From the NCBI RefSeq assembly GCF_000315625.1, contig NW_005434621.1, forward strand, positions 392,246 through 455,776: 63,531 nucleotides of DNA, in the 5' to 3' direction. Positions 14,623-28,000 of this stretch are shown one piece after another. Source of the stretch: Guillardia theta CCMP2712. Lineage: Eukaryota > Protista > Cryptophyta. The stretch's first letter is position 1. Each line of letters begins with the position of its first letter. Under the pieces are notes generated by a model that did no database searches, was not told where the DNA came from, and saw nothing but the letters and a program-made list of their open reading frames with translations. A program made the translations under genes and the position numbers.

Positions 14623-17574
14623 TCATGCCGCCGAGGAGTCTATTTCATTGACAACATACTTCATCCTTTGCCCTTCCGCGGAGTCCTGGTGCCGCTGGGA
14701 GTCACATCGCCCGACGGAGCTGCCGACAAGACTCGCGAGCCCCCGCCATTCTTTCGAGGTGTACTCAGCATGGAGGGGGTTCCGAGGGCGGAAGTCCCCT
14801 TGCTGCCCTTCAGCTGGGAAAGCAAGGTCCTGGAACAGGGTGAGCGAGGCCGGGAAGAGGGAGGAGGGATAGTACTTGTCTCCTGTCTTCTCGTACTCCT
14901 CTTTCAACAGCTCCCTGACCTTCTTCGACTCCTTCAGCTCCTGCGGTCCACCAGCTTCACCGTCTCCACCGCCCTCGCCCTCCCCTCACCTGCTTCTTCG
15001 CTTTCCTGCTCTCGTTGGCCTTGGCCTCCTCCTCCAGCTGCCTCAGCTCCTCCACTGCCCCCACGTCATGGGATCGAGGCGCTGACCGAGAGGTACTCAC
15101 GGCGAAGTCGGTGCGCCTCCTCGGCCAGCTCGATCTCATCCACCATGAACTCCGACTCGCCCTGAGGTAGCAGACTGCAGAAACTTTGAGGTCAATTCAC
15201 GACATCCTCCTCCTCTCCCCGTTCCCCCTTCCACTCTCCCTCGCCTTCCCCTCGCCTTCCCCTCCCTCCCCCTCCCCTCCTGTCTTCAGCCCCCTCTTAT
15301 CTCTCCGAGCATGCTCTCCCTCCCCTCAGGGCCTCCTCATCACACACCTTGATCGCAAGTGTCCTATCCCCTTCTTGATCATCCTTCCCACGCTGAGAGC
15401 AAATCTCATCACTCCCTTCCCCTCCTCCTTTCCCCCTTCCTCAACCTCGAGTTCGCCATCCTGTACATCAGGTGGCCCATTCTTGCCTTCTGTGCGGACC
15501 ATCCATACCGTCCATCCCAGTTTTCCCAGAACTCTTCTTTCCTCCTCCTCACGTATCTGAGACCGAGTGAGGAGAACTCAACAACTTTTCTTCATCGCTG
15601 ACCTCAACCATGCTTGACGGGCACTAGGGATATCGTAGTCTAGGCACGTCAACGCTTCCAGCAGCTCTTCAGACTGGCGCAAGGGAGTCACCGAGCTTTC
15701 TGTACGGCCCCTCCCCCCTTACCTGAATCAAGTTGTGGGAGAGGTTGAAACGAGGAGGCACCCATCTCAGCCGGTCCTCCGAGTAGGCGATGGCGTTGTT
15801 TTCGTTTGAGCTCTGAACTGTTTCTTCCTGATCGGCATCAGAGCTCGCACAACCTGCAGCACTGACACGTCATCAAGATCCAAGTGGCCCAACACTCCCA
15901 CACCATGAGAGCCCCGTCGTCCGTGATGTTGTTCCCGGTCAGATCCATGTACTCCAGCCTGGAGCTGGTCATCAGCTGGGGTCGGAGGGGCGACCAGGAC
16001 GCCGTGGAGCTGGCGTGACGTCTAGCAGCAACAGTCTACCGTACCTGCACCTTGCCTTCCACCCCCGAACCCTCTTGGAGAGATCAAGGATCCACGGCCG
16101 GATGTTCGAAGGGTTCTGCCCTGCCGTCTCCCAGTACCGCACGGCCTTCCTCTTCATGGGTGTCAGGGACAGGGTGGAAGTGATAGAGCCCGAGGTACCG
16201 TAGCGAAGGTCGTGTCCGAGATGCGGTTGAAACTAAGATCCACGTGCTTCATCGACTTGCTGCGCAGCAGAGCTGTTCCGAGCAGAGCAGCGTTGCTGAT
16301 GGTGTTCTTGGACAAGTCGATAAATTCTAGTCGCTCGGCCTGCATCCTCCCTGTCACAACGGCAGCCCACAAGGGCAGGTGCCTTGCCTCCATGATCGCT
16401 TCGCAAGAAGGGAGGCCGATGGAGCGAATGTTGTTTCCTCGCAGCGAAAGTCTCTTTATGACCGAACCCTCGCGCGAGACCATACTGAGAAGTGACTCGG
16501 CCCCGTTGTTTCCGATTTCTGCCAGCAACGGTGAACAGTCAGCCCCCGACTCTACCCGTCAAGACTTGTTCACCGTTAGCTTCAACAATCAGCTCCTCGA
16601 GGACGCCAGCCCCGTCGCTCAGAATGTCCGCGAGCCTCGTAGCTTCATGCCAGGTCAATCAGGACAAGATTGAAAACTCAAGGCGTCAGTCGTTCAAACC
16701 TCCTTGATCTCCCGCAAAGTTGAGGCTCAAGTCGAGCCGTCGGATGGCTGTGTGCTGCCTTAGAGACCTTGAGATCGCAAGAACACCAGCCTGCCGACCT
16801 GAGTCAGCGGTCGGCCATGAATCAGCAGGAAAGCAGCACGTGATGGAGATTGTTTGCACTCAGTCCGAGCGAGGTGAGAGATGTGTTTGCGTACAACCCG
16901 CTCGCAATGACCTCTCCTCTCGCGTCATCCATGCCTGTTTGCGTCAGGTCCAGTGTCCTTTCAAATGGGTGAGACGGAAGACAAGGGCAGGGAGCGTCAT
17001 ACTTCAAGGTGTTCTTCTGCAGCAGCATTGACAAGGGCTGGATGTCTACCCCAGGAAACGAGCTCTTGGCGAGGCTCAGCATCATCAGGTTGTCAAGTTT
17101 CGCGAGAGCGGAGAAGAGAGCGCCGCCTGATGAGAGTCAGACGGTTAGAGGACGAGTGCGTCCCAAGGCAGCCTGACCTGCCACCCTTGACAGGTGCTGG
17201 GCGTGCACGTCCAACTGTTCGATCTGCTTGCTCTCCTGCGAGGACTTTGCTCGAGCCAACTCGATGGCGAAAGCAATGGAGACGATCTGATCCTCGTTGA
17301 CGTTACCTCGATTCACACGAACGATCTGACAGTTGCAAGCGCGAATTTGATCGAGCAGAGAGTCGAGGTAGGCGCTACTCCCGTGGTCCTTCATCTTCTC
17401 GATGGTCAGCTTCTCGGGCACTCTCATGAGCAGCTTGGCTTGATCTGATCGGCTCACAATCTTCTGAGGGGGTCGAAGCATCCGCACAAAGTTGGGGAGC
17501 CGGTCTCGGGTGGCCATCTCCTCTTCCGTCCAGTCGTTGACTTTCTTGCTGTCCCATACCTTTCCTCTCTTCAT
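14623..17574 (-). CDS. Ribonuclease-inhibitor-like (RanGAP/NLRC3-type) leucine-rich repeat protein, multi-exon
   Basis: Repeats include TLDLTQTGMDDARGEVIASGLYANTSLTSLGLSANNL, IRRLDLSLNFAGDQG, IKRLSLRGNNI, IDLSKNTISNAALLGTALLRSKSMKHVDLSFNRI and LEYMDLTGNNITDDGAL. First exon is ORF 17137-17574; last exon is 14623-14907. Confidence 0.8.
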
Positions 17575-19058
17575 GTCTCAACCTTGCCTCGGTTCACGAC
17601 TCGCTCTCCCTAAGACTGCCTGTCCCCGCCCGCAGCTGCCTTCATCGTCCGATCACGGCTTGCCGCACCATTCGCTCTTGCCCTCGTTTGACTAACGGCT
17701 CGGCATGACCTGAGTGGCATACGGTCCGGTCTCCGGTGCCGGGGACCGGGCCGCCGGTTCGGGAGACCGTCCGGTTCGGGGCCGCGGCCCGTACTGCTCT
17801 CCTAGTCACTTGGAACTTCGGGCCGAGTCCTGCGGAACCCGGCCGTGCAGCTAGTTGAGCGTTCGGTTGGGGGCCAAGGGGGTAGTTGCTAGTGTGGTAG
17901 GGGTGGTGGGGCCAGAGTCAAGGAATGATTCGGGGTCATGAAGGTTTGGAAGGGGGTAGGGGTGAATTTACCAGGGTGGTGTGGAGCAGAAGTAGTTTTA
18001 AAATTCTGTCAGGGGGTGCTGTAAGCGGAAATCAAAGGGGATGTTCTGTAGGGGGGTGGATACGTGCAGTAGGGGATCCCTCGGTAAATCCGAAGTGGGG
18101 GTGAGGTAGTAAAATCCGTGGTACGAGGATGCGCGCAAGAAGAATGTGGGGGTGGAGAAATGTGGGTGGGGGTGGGTGGAGAGCAACATAAAAGTTGTAG
18201 TTCGAGGTGTTCTGGGGGGTGGTGTGTTGGGGTAGTCCTGGTCCTTTTTTTTAACGGATCAGGATGGGTAGGGTATTTTTGGAATCCTGGGGGGTGGGTC
18301 AAACAGATAGCACAGGTTTCAGAAAAAGACGGGTGGGGTAGTTTGAAGGTAGGTACATGATGGAGGGTGGGGTCGTTTGAGTTTGGTTTTGGCATGGCTT
18401 TAGTAGTGAGCATGAAGTTGTTCGGCAATGGCGGAGAATACGTGAGGAGGAGGAGGAAAGGAAGGAGAAGATATAGGAAAGTTCAAGGGAGAAGAAGAAG
18501 AATGAGAGAGACAGCATTTGTTTGTTCTTTTATGTATGTGAGTGAGAGTGCGAGTATGAGTGAGAAAACAATTCTGCCGGGGAAACTGGGAGGGTACACG
18601 AAGACAGCGACACATCTAGCTGGGTCGACGTGAATGAGTGAATGGACAGGAAGACAAGAAATTAAAGATGAATACGTCTAGTGTGTACCAGAAGGGGGTT
18701 CCCGAAGGATATGGTAGACCAATTGTTCTTCAAAGAACATTCTTCTCGGAATGTAGAGCAACTGGAGAATGATAGGAGAATGATAGCATAAAGAGAATTG
18801 TAGTTACCCACACGCTGGTTGCTAACTTATGCCAAACAGATCTCCTATACTCCTGATCAGCTCAAGTTTGAATCCCCTGCATGTGCAGCATGCGGAGTTG
18901 TGTAAGCATGCTCCTATGGGGCATGCTTATTACGGTCCATCTCGAGCCATGGGAGCGCAAATAGTGCAGCGTCAATCTGAAGGCGAGCTATCTGTACATG
19001 AACAGGTTTAGTGCGAGAGCAGCAGTCTGTTGACTGTCTGTCCGAAGAACTGCTCGAA

Positions 19059-22000
19059 ATGTCCGAGGAGCCAGAAACCATGAAGGTTGCTGAGTCCCAG
19101 GCGGTTGAAGAGGACAAGGGAGGCGGGGAGCTTCCTGGAATGATACCTCCAACCGAAGACAACACGACTGCCGATGACACGGCAGTTCATGAAGACCGTG
19201 CTAACGCGAACATCGATGGTGATGAGGATAAAGCACTGAGTGGACATGAAACCCCGCCTGAGGCTGCAACTGACAGGTCTGACAACGGAACAGGCACTGG
19301 GGCGCACACTCCTGATACGCAGCCATCAAAGTCTGTCGAACATTCCATGGGGACAGAGAACGATGATGAACAGAAGAAATCTGGGGAGCAGTCTTTGCAA
19401 GACGGCAGCCATGTTGCGGGAGAAGTGAACGTGACAGAAAGCTTAGCACCGGTTGGATCTGCGTCAACATCGCCTCCTGAGGGCAGTGAAGTGCAAACTG
19501 CCGCATCTACAGACACACCTTCTGATGAAACATCAAAAACACATGAAGCATCAGAGGGAAGCAAGGCTTCTGATCAAGTAGAGCGTTTGAACACTAACAA
19601 TGGGGAGATCGCGTCGGAAATCAAGGCAGAAGCGCTACCTCCTGGCGCCAATGGTACAGAGAAACAGCAGAACATAACGAATCAAGGAGAAGAAATCAAG
19701 CAGACCGTCCCCAACGGTCATGATGGAGTGAACTCGAATGGTGATCAAGGCAATGGTACTGATTTGCAGCATACGAATGGAAACCTAACGCACAGAGAAG
19801 GTGGCAACGGATATTCGTCGAAAGAGGCGATTGATAAAGTGAATGGAGGCAAACAAAGTGGCAAGGCTTCCCGGCTCGTGAAGTTGATCCAAACAAGCAG
19901 CGCAGATTCTATGGGTGATTTGTTGGACGAGGATGATGGATCGATGAAGTTGAAGCGACGTTCTTCGTTGTTCGCTGGTCTCATGTCAAGGGGTGCGGGC
20001 ATACGACGAAGGTCTTCAAACTTCTCTATTGATTCAATGTCCAGCGTGGCCACGAAATTGAGTACGATTCAAACTATAGCATGGTTGAAAGTCAAGGCCA
20101 AGAAAGCTACTCGCGTCAAGCGGAAGTCGTGCTTGAAGCATGAGTCAGTACTTCAGAGTGAAAGCAACAGCAACATCGCTAAGATCCAGCGAGTCCGTTT
20201 TTCATTACCAAAAAAGAAGACCGTGACTTCAAAATCCATCTTCTTTGATCCGAACCATATCTGGATGGGAAGATGGCATATGTTCTTTGTGTTGCCCCTA
20301 GCCTATGAAATCTGGGCTGGAGGTTTCAGGTTGGCGTTTGCTGATCCAGATTCGAATACTTGGATCTTTGATCTCGATTTGACTTGCGATTTGCTCTTCA
20401 TCGTGGATGCTGCCATCTACTTGAACACAATGATCATGGTCGGAGATGAGAGCCGTCTCCAAGGTCGCAATGAACATGCTATGTATATCAAGGACAGAAC
20501 TATCATTGCTAAGAAGTACTTTCTTCATGTTTTCCCCTATCAGCTTCTTCCAGGTATTGTGTTCTTAAGCATCTCAAAACCATCAACACACATAGGGGTT
20601 TGGTGGGTCATAATGTTTCTTAGACTTCTCCCAAGGGCCTTGCGCTTATATCGATACTTCCGATCCATGGAGATCAATCTCGAAGTGTCTGTCAACCAGC
20701 TTCAACTCGTAAAATTTAGTCTCGTCATCGCCATGGCAAGTCACTGGATTGGCTCTCTGTATTTTTGGGCTGCCAGGATTCATCAGGTGGAAGAGACATG
20801 GTTGTATGAGCTGGATACAATCTTTCCTTTGTATTCGATGAACTCAAGCACCATAGCACAGAACTACCTCTTGTGCCTCTACAAAGGATTCGACGGATTG
20901 TCTTCCATAGGATACATCCCCATTGTCCCAAACAACAGCTTCGAAATGGTTTTGAGTGTTTTGGTGATGTACAACTCCATCTTGATCTCCGCCTACATCC
21001 TTGGGAGTCTGTTCCACTACCTCCTAGTGTCTCAAAAAGATCCTCTCACTGAGGCCCACAAGAAGAGAATGACAGATGTGATTGCGTTCGCTGAGGCTCG
21101 TCGACTCGCCCCAGCTGTAAGGAAGAAGCTGATTCAGCACTTTGAGTTCCAATACAAGAAGAGCGTGCAGCGAAAGGCGTCAGCCTCTCTCAAGTTGCCG
21201 CGATCTCTAGAGGTGAAGGTTGCAAACTCAAGGTTCAGACCGACAGTTGAGAAGTGCTGCAAGCCGGGAGGCATCTTCTATCACTGCAACGCACAGTTCC
21301 TGAACAACCTGGTGACACACCTTCGACCTGTCTTCTTGATGCCCGGAGATCAGTTCATTCGAGCGTCGGAAATGGTTCTCGAGCTTTCTTTTGTGATTGA
21401 TGGGCATGCAGAAGTTGTGGATGAGGATGAGGTCAAGCGTATCATCCGCTCAGACATCGATGATCCTTCAGTGATTGGAGATGTCTCTTTCTTCCTTGGA
21501 GTGCAGCAGCAGTACTCGGTTCGCGCTCCCCTCGACACGGACATTGAGCTCCTCGTTCTCAGCAAAGAGTCCGGAGAGGAGCTGTTTCGAAACTATCCTG
21601 AACAGCAGGAGCTTGTGAGCAACAACATCTTAGCAAGTTTCAACCTTGACAAGTTTGGGAATGACAAGTCTGACGAGAAGAGTGCTGAGGATGGGGAGGA
21701 GGATCCCGAATACTTGTTCATGAGAAATCTGATCAGAGACACTGTGAAGAGAAGACAGGAGGAGTCATTCTTAGCGCTGAGCTATGCTGCCACTGCCGGA
21801 GACCTTGAGGAGGTGAGGAGAATGCTCCGCAAGGGAGTAAGTGTCAACTCAACGAACTATGACGGCAAGACGATCATGCACATGGCAGCGTCACAAGGAA
21901 ACTATCGAGTAGTTGAGCTTCTGCTGGAGGAAGGAGCTGAGAAGAATCAGAAAGACAGGTGGGGAAATACTCCCCTCCAAGATGCTGTGAACGCGAATCA

Positions 22001-25000
22001 AGGGCCTGTTATTCAGCTCCTCGTACAGTGGAAGTCAGAGCTCAATACCGAGAACTCTTCGGATAGATTGTGCAACGCTGCGAGTATAGGCGATCTCGAC
22101 ACGCTGAAGCTGATGCTTGAGCATGGGCTCAGCCCAAACGTCGGCAACTGTGACCAGCGAACGCCATTGCACCTTGCTTCCGCTGAGGGACACAACAAGC
22201 TCGTCGAGTACATCCTGAGCAAAGGAGGAGATGTGAATGCCCATGACAGGTGAGCGAGTAGGAGAGCTTGAGGACCAAGTGACCTGGTATTGCAGGTGGG
22301 GGAGGACTCCCTTGCAGGATGCGGTAGCTGCGGGGCATGTTTCGATAGCAGAAGAGATCTACACGAGAGGAGGAAACATGTCAGAGACCACAGGGCCTGT
22401 CGAAATTTGCAACGCTGCCACGGAAGGAGACGTGCGGCATCTCCGCTTGCTGCATAGATGCGGAGTTGACCCAGGTGAGGCTGGCTCGCTCCGACTCTTG
22501 TTGAGGCCGCTGCTGACACAAGTTCTCTCAGACACTGGCAACTACGACCAACGCTGCCCTCTGCACCTTGCAGCTTCGAAGGGACGATTGTTAGCGGTGA
22601 ACTTCTTGCTGGGCGTCAGTGCCAACCCGAACGTGAAGGACAGATGGGGAGGAACACCATTGGATGATTGTGTTCGTGGTGGAACAACCCGCCACCTGAT
22701 GTGTGCGAAGTTGCTGCAGTCCATGGGTGGTAAGCTTGGAGTGCTTGCAGACACGGAAGAGGGAAAGCGAATGCTGCAGGAAGTTGCTGCGTTGGACATG
22801 GAGGAAGTGAGAGACGTCGTGAAAGATTTGATCGCCAAAGGGTTGAACAACAAGAAACCCTTGAGGCCGACGGTCCAGCAGTTCCTGGTTGCGCGCGAGG
22901 CATCTCTCGCCCTCCTGAACCCCGTGGTAGAGATGACTGGGTTGTTCCAAAATGTCGGGAACCTCCTGCTGGATAACCAGACACCCTTGCAGCGAGTCTA
23001 TGAAGAGCTCAAGTCAGGCAACTCGGTCGTTGCGAAGATCACAGACAAGGTGAACGACTGTAAGCTCGGGCCGTTGGAGACTGGAGTGCATGCAGTGATT
23101 GAGATCAAACAAGAGGGCGCCGAGAGCCAGACGACGGAGTTCTACCAGAAGCTCGAGAGCGGGCTGGAGACATCGCAGTTTATTCAGAGCTTCGTCGATC
23201 AAGACACGCTGGCGCTCTACGACGAGCTGGACCTTATCTTAGCCAACCTGCAGAAGAAGGAGAGAGACAGCAAATTCGGGAAGCTCAGCCTGGCCAAGGA
23301 CTTCAACAAGTGCCTGATGAACCTCAGTAAGGTCGAGGACATGTGGTGTGCGCTTACCTCTGCCTTCCACGCTGTTGGCCAGCACTCGACGCACCTCAGC
23401 AGCACTCGATCGGGATATGCCCGAGGCGTGTACGTCGATGCCGAGACCTTCCCCGAGTTGCTGAAGAGAATGCAGCTGGACCTGAGCCCCAAGGAGACCA
23501 GAGAGTTGTTCATGAACGCCGTGTCTTCCTTGAACTCGAAGAAGGATGGCGGCCCGCAGACTCAGATTACTTTGCTCACTCCCGAGATTTTGCTGTGCAA
23601 GTGCGAGGACTTCAGGGAGCTGGTGCGGAAGGAGTGCGATGAGAACTCTGTCAAGCTATCGACGCTTGTGCGATCGCACGTTCTGAGGAGCCTCTCGTTT
23701 GCTCATATCCAGTATCTCGCCTGGAGATGCAAGAAGATAGTTCTGGAGGAAGGAGGAAAGATCAAGCCTACTGAGCCTTGCATGTACCTAGTGAGGAAGG
23801 GGAGGGTTCGTGGGATGTTCCACAATGATGGGAAGGACATTTGCCTTCGCTTGGAGTACGGGCCCAACACGATCTTCGGAGAAGTTTGGCTCCTAACAGG
23901 TTTCGCCCCCGTCCTCATGATCAGAGCTCAGACTCAGTGCGAGCTGATCCAAGTGAGCAAGCGCGACCTCGCCGTCATCCTCCAGGTGAGGTTCAGCTGA
24001 CCCGATACCATGACGCTGAGATTGTCTTGACAGGCCAAGGCCCAGCTTATCGTTGTGCTGGCGAATGCTCTGACGAAGAACTCCGAGTTCGACACGTTTG
24101 AGAAGGAGATCTTGAGAGACTCGATCAACCACAAGCTGGCGCAGGACCCGAGGGACTCTGAGCCTGGGGTAGAAATATCGGAGTTGGAGCTCAACACCAA
24201 GGTGCTGATGGACAGCATCCATGAGCACTTCGAGCCGAATCGGACGGAGAACGTGAACTTTATCGCGCTGATCGTCTCGGTCTGGCGAGGGATCGCAAAG
24301 ATCAACAACAGGCGCAGCAAGTACTACCACTGCGAAGACGTTGCCAACATGAAGCAGCTTGTGGACCAGGGCATTCACGTGATTGAGAGCGCATGGGACT
24401 TGTTTGCGGCAGGTCTACCGACCGTCGAGTACGACGAGGTAGCTGGTATCAAGGACTACCTGGGAGAGGTGAGAAAGAGGCATCGTGCGCTCCAAGCTAC
24501 CCCTGACGAGCCGCAGGTGGGACAAAACTTCTTCGCGACGACGTTCAACCCTCGAGTCTGCCCCAAGACGATGGACATGAGTGACTGGTTCACCCGCTGG
24601 ACTCGATACATCGACGACTCTGAGTCGACGCAGAACGATACGTTCACAAAGTCGCAGTTCGCTTCCTTCCGCATGAGGCTTCCCGTCCGTGAGAACAGCC
24701 AGGAGCTGGAGCTGGAGGAGGGGAACGAGGAGAAGGTCGGGGATTCAACAGTGCTCTCCATCGCCCAGGTGGATCCCAGCACATACCTGGAGAAGTTGAA
24801 GGAGATCACGGTCTCGATCTTCCATCAGTCCATCACCCCCTGGCTCCTCAACGACGATCTCGCCAACGCCTACGAGCCAACCTTCACCGCCATCGTCGGC
24901 AACACCATGAAGCCCATGACCCGAGCTCAGGTTCTCTTGACAAGCATCCCAGGACCTGTGAGTCTGACTTGCTCGCCAGGTCCCTGCGTTCTTGTCGCTG

Positions 25001-28000
25001 CTCCTCCTCGACTTCCACAGCGAGATCTCCAACGTGCATGTGGATGAGTTCATGCAGGTGAAGCAGTTCGATGCTCCCTGAGCCCCTCGTGACTCTCTTG
25101 CCAGACGTTCTCCCCTGACGGCAGGAAGGCGACTTCCATCTCGTTCCCGGACATTGAGCGAGTGCTCTACGACAAGAACGCGACAGTCCTGAGGGCTGAC
25201 CGTCTCTTCATCGGCGATTGGCGCTCGGCCCTGAACCCCCTCTCTACCCCCGTGCGGGCTTGGAGGACTTTACAGCAGTTCTGCGCGGTGTTGTACTTCT
25301 TGCAGATCCCAGCTTGGATCTCTTTCCAGCCATACTCGTCGATGACGACTCCCTCCCTCCTGATCTTCGACCTCCTCCTCGACATCTGCGTCTTCACCAA
25401 CCTGTTCGTATGCTTCAACGTCGCCTACATGAACAAACAGTGAGTCGCCGACTGAGGGTGCCAGTCGTCACTGACCTTGACTGACTGCAGGTCGCGATGG
25501 GTCACCGAAAGAACCAAGATTGCCCGGCACTACCTGTCTCACGACTTCTGGCTCGACTTGATCTCCGCCGCTCCCCTCGACTGGTTCGGGTGGTTGAGTG
25601 GTGCGAGCATCGAGATGTGCAGCTGGTTCCGGTTGCCCAAGATGCTGTACGTGATCAGCGTCAACAAGGACTCCAAGATGAGCCTCCTCAAGTGGAACAT
25701 GACCTACCCGCACTTCAAGCTCGCCCTCTACATCTTCGGTGTCCTCCACGTAACCTCCTGCTTGTGGTTCTTGCTGGGCCGGCGGGGAGCCGGAGAGCTG
25801 CTGGGCGAAGCCACCTGGTCAGTGCTAGATGAGTGATGAGTGACGTGCTGACGTTCTTCTCAGGTATTCCCCAGCTGACGTTGCAGTAAGGCGGGCAAGC
25901 AGCATACATCTCAGCGGGGTCATCGACTACTCCGGGTACGGCATGCTCTACTCGAACCATTCGGGGACATGGGACCGCTACCTGCTGTCGCTCTACTGGA
26001 TCTCCAGCACGGTCTCAGCTACCGGAGTGATCGGGGACATGTTTCCTAAGAACTACGGGGAGATCGCCTACACCATCTTCCTGCTCTGCCTCAACCTAAC
26101 GCTCTTCAACTACGTCATCGGGGAGATCTCAGCTAGCGTCCTCAAGGGAGACGAGAAGCTGGTGAAGGCGAGGGAGGAGTTGGGAGCCGTCGAGAGCTAC
26201 CTGCAGGGGTTCGACCTGCCCAACGAGCTCAAGGTGGAGATAAGGAGGTACTTCGAGGGGACGTCAGGAGGAACAACGTTCATCAGCGCGTCTGAGATCT
26301 TCGACTCCATCTCCCACTCTCTGAGGTTGGAGATCTCCTCCAACATGACACGCGAGTGCCTGGAGAACGTGTCGCTCTTCCAAGGCTGCAGTCCCCAGCT
26401 CAAAGCCAACATCCAGGGGCTGCTGAGGGAAGCTCACTTCGGCTCCGACGAGTACCTGTACCAGTCGAACATGATGGCGCATGAGATGTACTTTGTCGTC
26501 AACGGCTTCGTCGATCAGCTCGTGCAGGACTCGGAAGGGTTCTCAATCCATGACAAGTCTGTCGGGCCTGGCGGAAGCGTCGGCGACCTCTCCTTCTTCT
26601 TCGGTGTCCGCCACATCAACGCCGCTCGCGCCAGCAGCCGCTCGGGCGCCATCTGCCTGCGACTGGTGCGATCGCAGATCATGCCGGTGCTCAAGGCGTA
26701 CCCCGATGACGAGGAGATCGTCGCACAGAACGCGCTCAAACAGTTCCAGCTGACGAAACATGCTCGCAGTGCAGCAGGAACGAGCCGGTACGCGAAGAGC
26801 AATGCAAGCTTTGGCACACACGGGACGCAACAAGGGGATCAGTTGCAGGAGGACGAGGCGGCCAAGGAAAAGAAGGACGACGAAGAAGTGAGCCTGCCGA
26901 CTGACTACGAGCACACGGCCAAGGACGACAACAACTTCGACGCCATCATCCTGTCCAACATTGAGCAGAAGGTGGCTGACCTGAACCAGCGGAGGAAGGC
27001 TGAGCACATCGCCGCCTTCTGTGGGGCTGCAGCTCGTGGGGAGCTGGAGAAGATGCAGAGGTTCTTTCGGATCGGCCTCCATGTCGACGAGACGGACGCC
27101 AACGGCAGGACGGCGCTGCACGTCGCAAGTTGCGAAGGTCAGATGGAGGCGGTGAAGCTGCTGCTGGCCCACCGCGCTCTCGCCTCCATCAAGGACAAGT
27201 ACCACAACACGGCGCTCAACGACGCCGTCCGGCACTGCCAGGATGCCGTTGCTGCGACACTCAGGGCTCAGGGTCAGAGCTTGAGCTTCCCTGGACAAGA
27301 GGGAGGGATCCTGATGTGCAAGTACGCGTCTGCGGGCGACAAGCTGCAGATCCTGCGGATGCTGGCGAACGGCATCGAGATCAACGTGAGCAACTACGAC
27401 TCGAGGACCGCCCTCCACCTGGCAGCGAGTCAGGGCAACACGGCAGTGGTGGAGTACCTGCTGGAGAAGAAGGCGGAGGTGAACGTCAAGGACAGGATGG
27501 GAGGAACGCCGCTCGCCGATGCGCTGCGCCATGGCCACGTGCAGATCCAGTCGCTGCTGAGGAGCGCTGGGGCTCAGCTGCTGGGGATGGACACGGCAGT
27601 CGCCATGTGCAACGCGGCGGCGGTAGGAGACGTGGACACGGTCCAGGCGCTGATCCGGAACGGAGCGAATCCGGACGCCGCGGACATGGACAAGAGGACG
27701 GCACTTCATCTCGCTGCTTCCAACGGGGAGGTGACGGTCCTGGACTTCCTGCTGCGATGCACCGACCGCAACATCAACGTGAACCCTGTGGACGACCTCG
27801 GAGGAACGCCGCTGGAGGACGCCTACCGCCATGACCAGCCCGTCGCTATCGCCATGCTCGAGGCGGCCGGCGGGCTGCGCATGGGAGACTCGCAGCTGCT
27901 GGCGATGGGGGAGCAGCAGAAGAAGGACGTGGAGGAGTTCCAGAAGAACGACAGGCTGCCGAGGGTGACGGAGCTGGTGGAGCAGAGCACCGAGATGAAG

